A stretch of DNA of 38,444 bases from Octopus bimaculoides. Lineage: Eukaryota. The stretch spans positions 89,975,574 through 90,014,017 of the forward strand of contig NC_068988.1 of NCBI RefSeq assembly GCF_001194135.2, in the 5' to 3' direction. The notes below the pieces were generated by a model. The model searched no databases. It was not told where the DNA came from and saw only the letters and a list, made by a program, of their open reading frames with translations. The position numbers and the translations under genes were made by a program. This document shows, in pieces, positions 32,576 to 38,444 of the stretch. Position 1 is the first letter of the stretch. Every line of letters starts with the position of its first letter.

Positions 32576-33447
32576 AGACAGACAGAAGGAAAAAGACAGG
32601 TTGGTATGTTCATGTAACTATGTCATAAATATCGTATTACATTTTATAAGTGCGTATATATACATATATAAATATACGTGTGAGTATCTGTGTGTTTGTG
32701 TGAATGGTATAAATGCGTTTTTGTGATTGAGATACGTGCACTACTTGTATATACGTGTATATGTGTTAGTAGAAAGCACATGTAATTTGAGCGTGCATGC
32801 AAATATCACCGTATCGGGATCAACACACACACACACAAACACAAACAAACATACAAACACACACACGCACATACGCACATTTAGACACATGCACCTAGAG
32901 ACACTAACGTATATATACATACACGCATTCACACTCACAAACAAGGATAGATATGAATATATTATCATGCACATATATAGACATGAGAGTGCGGAGATTC
33001 TCATGAACAACAGTATATGTCGTTATAGCAACTGAGAGGATCGTCTTCCCTAAACCTAAATGATATTAGTAATAAGAAATATAATGATAAATTCTTAAAA
33101 TGTTTAGCATCCCAACGCTTACAATATATCATCTTGTAAAATACAGGTGAATTTCCATACGATATATATCATGCCTCATAAATCATAACCTAATGACTTT
33201 TTTGTCTTTGTATATTCGTAAATCTCCTTGAGTCAATTCTTTCGCTGTTCATTCAGTCACCTGTTGCTTGCTTTATACTTGTATATCTCAATTCGTATAT
33301 ATATATGTCTGTGTGTGTGTATGTTTGTATATATGTATACGCACACAGGTGTGTGTCTGTATGTGTGTGTATGTATAAATGCAAGCATTGTATAATAAAA
33401 AAAAATTCTAAATTTAATCTTCAGCTGCTAAGAAATTGCTGAATGTT

Positions 33448-33624
33448 GACTCGGTGATTAGAACGTCGGACCCACAATCATGAGGTAGTGAGTCCGATGC
33501 CCGGACCTGGCGTGTATTGTGTTCTTGAGCAAGACATTTCATTTCACGTTGCTCCAGTTCACTCAGCTGTAGAAATGAGTTGTGCCGTGATTGGTGCAAT
33601 CCCATGGGCATTTATGACGGAAGG
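33448..33624 (+). mobile_element. family A SINE with a ~125-bp internal deletion
   Basis: The head and CORE-like part match 21035-21180. The sequence then jumps directly to GGTGCAATCCCATGGGCATTTATGACGGAAGG, which matches 21307-21338. Confidence 0.88.
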
Positions 33625-34831
33625 CGTTCTTTATTATATATATATATTTATATATATATACATACCGATATATATATACATATATATTGCATACACATAC
33701 ATATCTATATGCATAAAGACATCGACATATATTGTATGTGTGTGTTTGTGTGGGTGGGTGCATTTTGCACTGTTGCACGCTTCAAGCAGCATCCATGCAA
33801 CATCACGGATATCAAGGACTATTTTAAACCATTGCTGCAATTGTCTCCTGCTCATTAGGTTGTGTAGTAAATCAAGTTTCTACAAAAACTTAAGCACATC
33901 CCCACATGCACACACATTCATACGCATATGCATGAATGTGCATATACATATACATACATACAAACGACGTTTATGTTTGTGTCTCTACATATATATATAT
34001 ATATATATAAATATATGAGTTGTCTTGAAGAAATTAATTTGACATGGACGCCAATCATATTTATGTACAACATGTCTGCGTAATTTGTTTCACAATTGTG
34101 CATGATGTAATCACCACGTTACAGCTGTTTCGTTGTATCGTGTGATTACTGCATTTCATAATGCGCATCAGTCAGTTAGGCGTGAAAATTGAGGCAATAT
34201 TTCCCGAAATCATAAATGGAAACCCAATATCAATATACATGAACCTTGATGCATAACAATGAAATAAATTTTTAGAATAGGAAAGCCTAAATGTGTGTCA
34301 TATATAAGTTAAACGCATTATTTCCTATACTCTTCAGAAAAAAGTACGAAGAAGACTACTCTCGACAAATCTGATTCGGTAGCGCACTTCATTTGCTCAT
34401 TATACTCTTCTGTATATCGCATACATTGCTGAGGGGCGTCCATTCTATATATGTAAGCGTTTGATGAATAGTTTTAAACAATAAATATACTCCTTTTTCT
34501 ACTGTTTTGTAGTGTTGAAAACAGACGAAATAATTCTCAGGGTTTGTTAAGAGTTCTTGAAAGAAGACCAAGTTGGCTTCCTAACACAACTGGTAATACA
34601 CATCAGTTGTTTATAAAGCAGTCATGATTTAGGTCTGAACATTAGTGAACAAACTATTGGCAAACCTATGCCTTTCGCGCCTCATCGTTAATTTAAAAAT
34701 TTAGTTGGTGCACAGCGCAGCAATAATCGGAAAAAATTCAGGTTCACTTCGTGTGTCATATCCACTCTCATATTCTGGAGATTATCTCTCTCTATATATA
34801 TATATAGAAAGTAGAAAGTATGGCGGTGATT

Positions 34832-34857
34832 GTATATATATATATATATAGAGAGAG

Positions 34858-34925
<68 letters not shown>
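34832..34925. repeat. (TA)n(GA)n(GATA)n microsatellite
   Basis: Seen directly in sequence. Confidence 0.96.
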
Positions 34926-35658
34926 TACCATATATTTCTCATTGTACTAATATATTTTCCTTTTCTATCTCCATTATATAAACATTGACATATCCGTTGC
35001 AATGATACTTCGATATCTAGAACTTTTCTTACTTTCGTATGCCATCACGTACATAAATCATGTTCTTAGAAATATCAGTTAATTAGTTTTTACACTCTGT
35101 GTGGTTTTAGAATATTTCTACTTTCAAGAGCATTTCTCAATATCTCTGCCACTCCCCTAACCTAACTTCTTCAGGTAAGCCTCAATTTGATAAATTTCGA
35201 AGCGCAGGTGTTTCTCAATATTGAAATCCTTCAGAGCAATGGTTTCTCTTATACCTTTATTACTAATGAAGCCATCTTCTACTACGAGAATCAATTCCAT
35301 CGCATCCATTATCAAATGTTTATAAGGGCAGCTAGTTTGTTCGGTGTTTGTTTCCCTTGTGGATATGTTGAGATGCGCAATGAAATATATTCATTCATTG
35401 GTTGATCCGGAAGAAAGAGTTCGAATTGGAATTGTTAACAAATCCATGACGTCTCAACTGTTATACGACGAGCAAACCCTACGTATATACATACGCTTGG
35501 GTGTATGTATGTATATATATATATATATATAAATTTATATAAATTTATCTTGCTCCATTCTAAGCAAAGCTGTCTGAAGAACGGGTACGTGAAACTCTGA
35601 GTAACATATTTTCTGACATTTTTGCTGCTTTTAATAAAGTATATATATATATATGGGC

Positions 35659-35718
<60 letters not shown>

Positions 35719-36904
35719 NNNNNNNNNNNNNNNNNNNNNNNNNNNNNNNNNNNNNNNNNNNNNNNNNNNNNNNNNNNNNNNNNNNNNNNNNNNNNNNNNN
35801 NNNNNNNNNNNNNNNNNNNNNNNNNNNNNNNNNNNNNNNNNNNNNNNNNNNNNNNNNNNNNNNNNNNNNNNNNNNNNNNNNNNNNNNNNNNNNNNNNNNN
35901 NNNNNNNNNNNNNNNNNNNNNNNNNNNNNNNNNNNNNNNNNNNNNNNNNNNNNNNNNNNNNNNNNNNNNNNNNNNNNNNNNNNNNNNNNNNNNNNNNNNN
36001 NNNNNNNNNNNNNNNNNNNNNNNNNNNNNNNNNNNNNNNNNNNNNNNNNNNNNNNNNNNNNNNNNNNNNNNNNNNNNNNNNNNNNNNNNNNNNNNNNNNN
36101 NNNNNNNNNNNNNNNNNNNNNNNNNNNNNNNNNNNNNNNNNNNNNNNNNNNNNNNNNNNNNNNNNNNNNNNNNNNNNNNNNNNNNNNNNNNNNNNNNNNN
36201 NNNNNNNNNNNNNNNNNNNNNNNNNNNNNNNNNNNNNNNNNNNNNNNNNNNNNNNNNNNNNNNNNNNNNNNNNNNNNNNNNNNNNNNNNNNNNNNNNNNN
36301 NNNNNNNNNNNNNNNNNNNNNNNNNNNNNNNNNNNNNNNNNNNNNNNNNNNNNNNNNNNNNNNNNNNNNNNNNNNNNNNNNNNNNNNNNNNNNNNNNNNN
36401 NNNNNNNNNNNNNNNNNNNNNNNNNNNNNNNNNNNNNNNNNNNNNNNNNNNNNNNNNNNNNNNNNNNNNNNNNNNNNNNNNNNNNNNNNNNNNNNNNNNN
36501 NNNNNNNNNNNNNNNNNNNNNNNNNNNNNTATATATATGTATGTATGTAAGTATGTATGTATGTATGTATGTATCTATATATATACAACTGAGAATGTGT
36601 GTGTCTATTTGCCTGTATGTAAGTGTGTATCAGTAATAATCTAGAACTACCCAACAGATTTCATTCAAATTTTCACATGCAATACTTTGGTTCCGTGGAG
36701 TGTCATGGTCCAAAACATTTCAACTTCTTGCTTAATCCGAGCCCAGAGCAATCTCTTACACTGCTTAGGTACTACGTATCGAAAGTGAAACAATAACATC
36801 TCTATTGTAAGTGAGATAACAGTTTTAGTTTTTATAGTTTCACTAATAATACTTTCACTATGTATATATCATATACATAGGGAAACTATTAAAAGTGAAA
36901 ATAT

Positions 36905-37004
36905 TATCTCACATTACGTATATATATACATATATATGCCTGTCTATATATAAATATATCTGTATATATACATCTATATATATATATGTGTATATATCTA
37001 TATC

Positions 37005-37045
<41 letters not shown>

Positions 37046-37066
37046 GTGTATATATACACACATGCA

Positions 37067-37111
<45 letters not shown>

Positions 37112-37357
37112 GTATATATACATGTACATCTATATACGTATACTTATATGCATGCATATATATATACATGTATATATAAACATATATATATATATACATA
37201 TATATACATGTATGTATATACATATATATATACATGCATATAACTATACATGCATACATATAAATATACATGTATATTTATATGCATGTATATATATACA
37301 TGTGTGTATATATGTATAGATGAATATGCATATACACATATGTGTATATAAATATAT
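36905..37357. repeat. degenerate TA/TG/CA low-complexity tract
   Basis: Seen directly; it accounts for ORFs 36895-37319. Confidence 0.95.
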
Positions 37358-37596
37358 AGGCTAGGTCAAACTAGTTTAACCTTGAGGAACAGACTAACGT
37401 TTCGCAGACGAACATGGGACCGCACGACTTGGCAAATTCATGTAAGCAAGCACCTAGACCAATGCTCCGCAAGTATAATCCCGAAATATCAAATCTTCCC
37501 TTTCTATAATGCATGGGAAACACTTCAACTCAATTCTGTTTAAATAAGGAAAGCATATTCATTAAAAAATATAAACCGCAGCTGAATATCGTTTAG
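37358..37596 (+). mobile_element. 3' fragment of a second Penelope-like element (GIY-YIG C-terminus)
   Basis: Reads GQTSLTLRNRLT..RR...QIHVSKHLDQCS..IIPKYQIFPFY, then after a frameshift ESIFIKKYKPQLNIV*. This fits the (YI)GQT...R...H...E..FI...P.LN layout of Penelope GIY-YIG domains. Confidence 0.85.
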
Positions 37597-38407
37597 AAAG
37601 TAGAAAAACACTAAAGAGGAAAAGGAAAAAAAATTCTAATGCTCCACAAAAAACAACCAGCAAGAAAAAAACATTTTTAAAGCTTTCGTAACAATCTTCC
37701 ACCTGGGTTTCGAACACGCAACTCTAAATCATCATCTCTAGACCAATGAAATTTTACAAATACGAGTGGCTAACGTCACCTAACTCTAGACTAATCGAAA
37801 CTGAACTTCAGCAACAAAACGACTCTTGAAGAGAATCAACCAACCGGAACAACGGATGACAGTTTCAAACAGAGAAGCCAGTCAGGTAGAACAACAAACT
37901 TAACCACCAGAAAAACAACACATCAACAGTATTTTAACAAATCAAAAGTCAGATCCGCTCGCGGAAAAAAATTATAAATACACCGGAATCCAAACACGCC
38001 GTTACAAGCGAAAGTTCTAACACACGACGGAAAGAGGATCAGAGAAATGGTAAACTAAATCCCTTTCTTTACTTTTTTCCCTCTTAACTCACTATGACAG
38101 AAATTTTGATGATATTCAATGTTTGTCGAACACTTATACAACTAATGAACTTTGCCTATTCAAACAAATTGATGCACAGTTTTAATATTATTGACTGATA
38201 CGAACTTGTCAACATCATTCTAAATTTGTCTGTTATGAACTCGTCAGCATTGAAACTGTTAAAGATGCTTTTCTAATTAATAATTCTAAATATTTACCAT
38301 TGATAAACCCCAAATATTGTACAAACTAATTTGGTATATATGTAAATAAATTTATTTTAAACAATTACTTAATTTCCAAATTAAGGTGAATTTTCAACAA
38401 GAATTTG

Positions 38408-38444
<37 letters not shown>

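Noticed and set aside
35159-35392. Stop-free minus-strand frame (...LILVVEDGFIS...TIALKDFNIEKH...) with a GDFN-like AP-endonuclease hint
   Set aside because: A single degenerate motif; the other APE motifs are absent.

Overview
AT-rich, microsatellite-dense eukaryotic genomic DNA from a gapped draft assembly (8 N-runs). The repeat families and the extreme TA/TG/TACA/GATA/CAT density point to a coleoid cephalopod, most likely Octopus; this is inference from recalled repeat consensus sequences, not a database search. I cannot support any intact host protein-coding gene, rRNA, tRNA gene or CRISPR array. Nearly all listed ORFs are microsatellite or N artefacts, or fragments of dead transposons. 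Supported content: a decayed Penelope-like retroelement (RT + GIY-YIG, ~6745-7915), a second Penelope GIY-YIG 3' piece (37358-37596), two RTE-type LINE 3' ends facing tail-to-tail (6111-6640), a 5'-truncated DD34D mariner (14895-15985), an internally deleted DD37D maT element (30029-30845), about 12 tRNA-derived SINE copies from several modular families, and three fold-back elements (7963-8551, 28173-28319, 30872-31050). The best leads are SINE module swapping, the tail-to-tail RTE pair, the Penelope-adjacent fold-back, an unidentified protein-like frame at the mariner breakpoint, and several structured motifs. None of these is demonstrably a new biological system from sequence alone.
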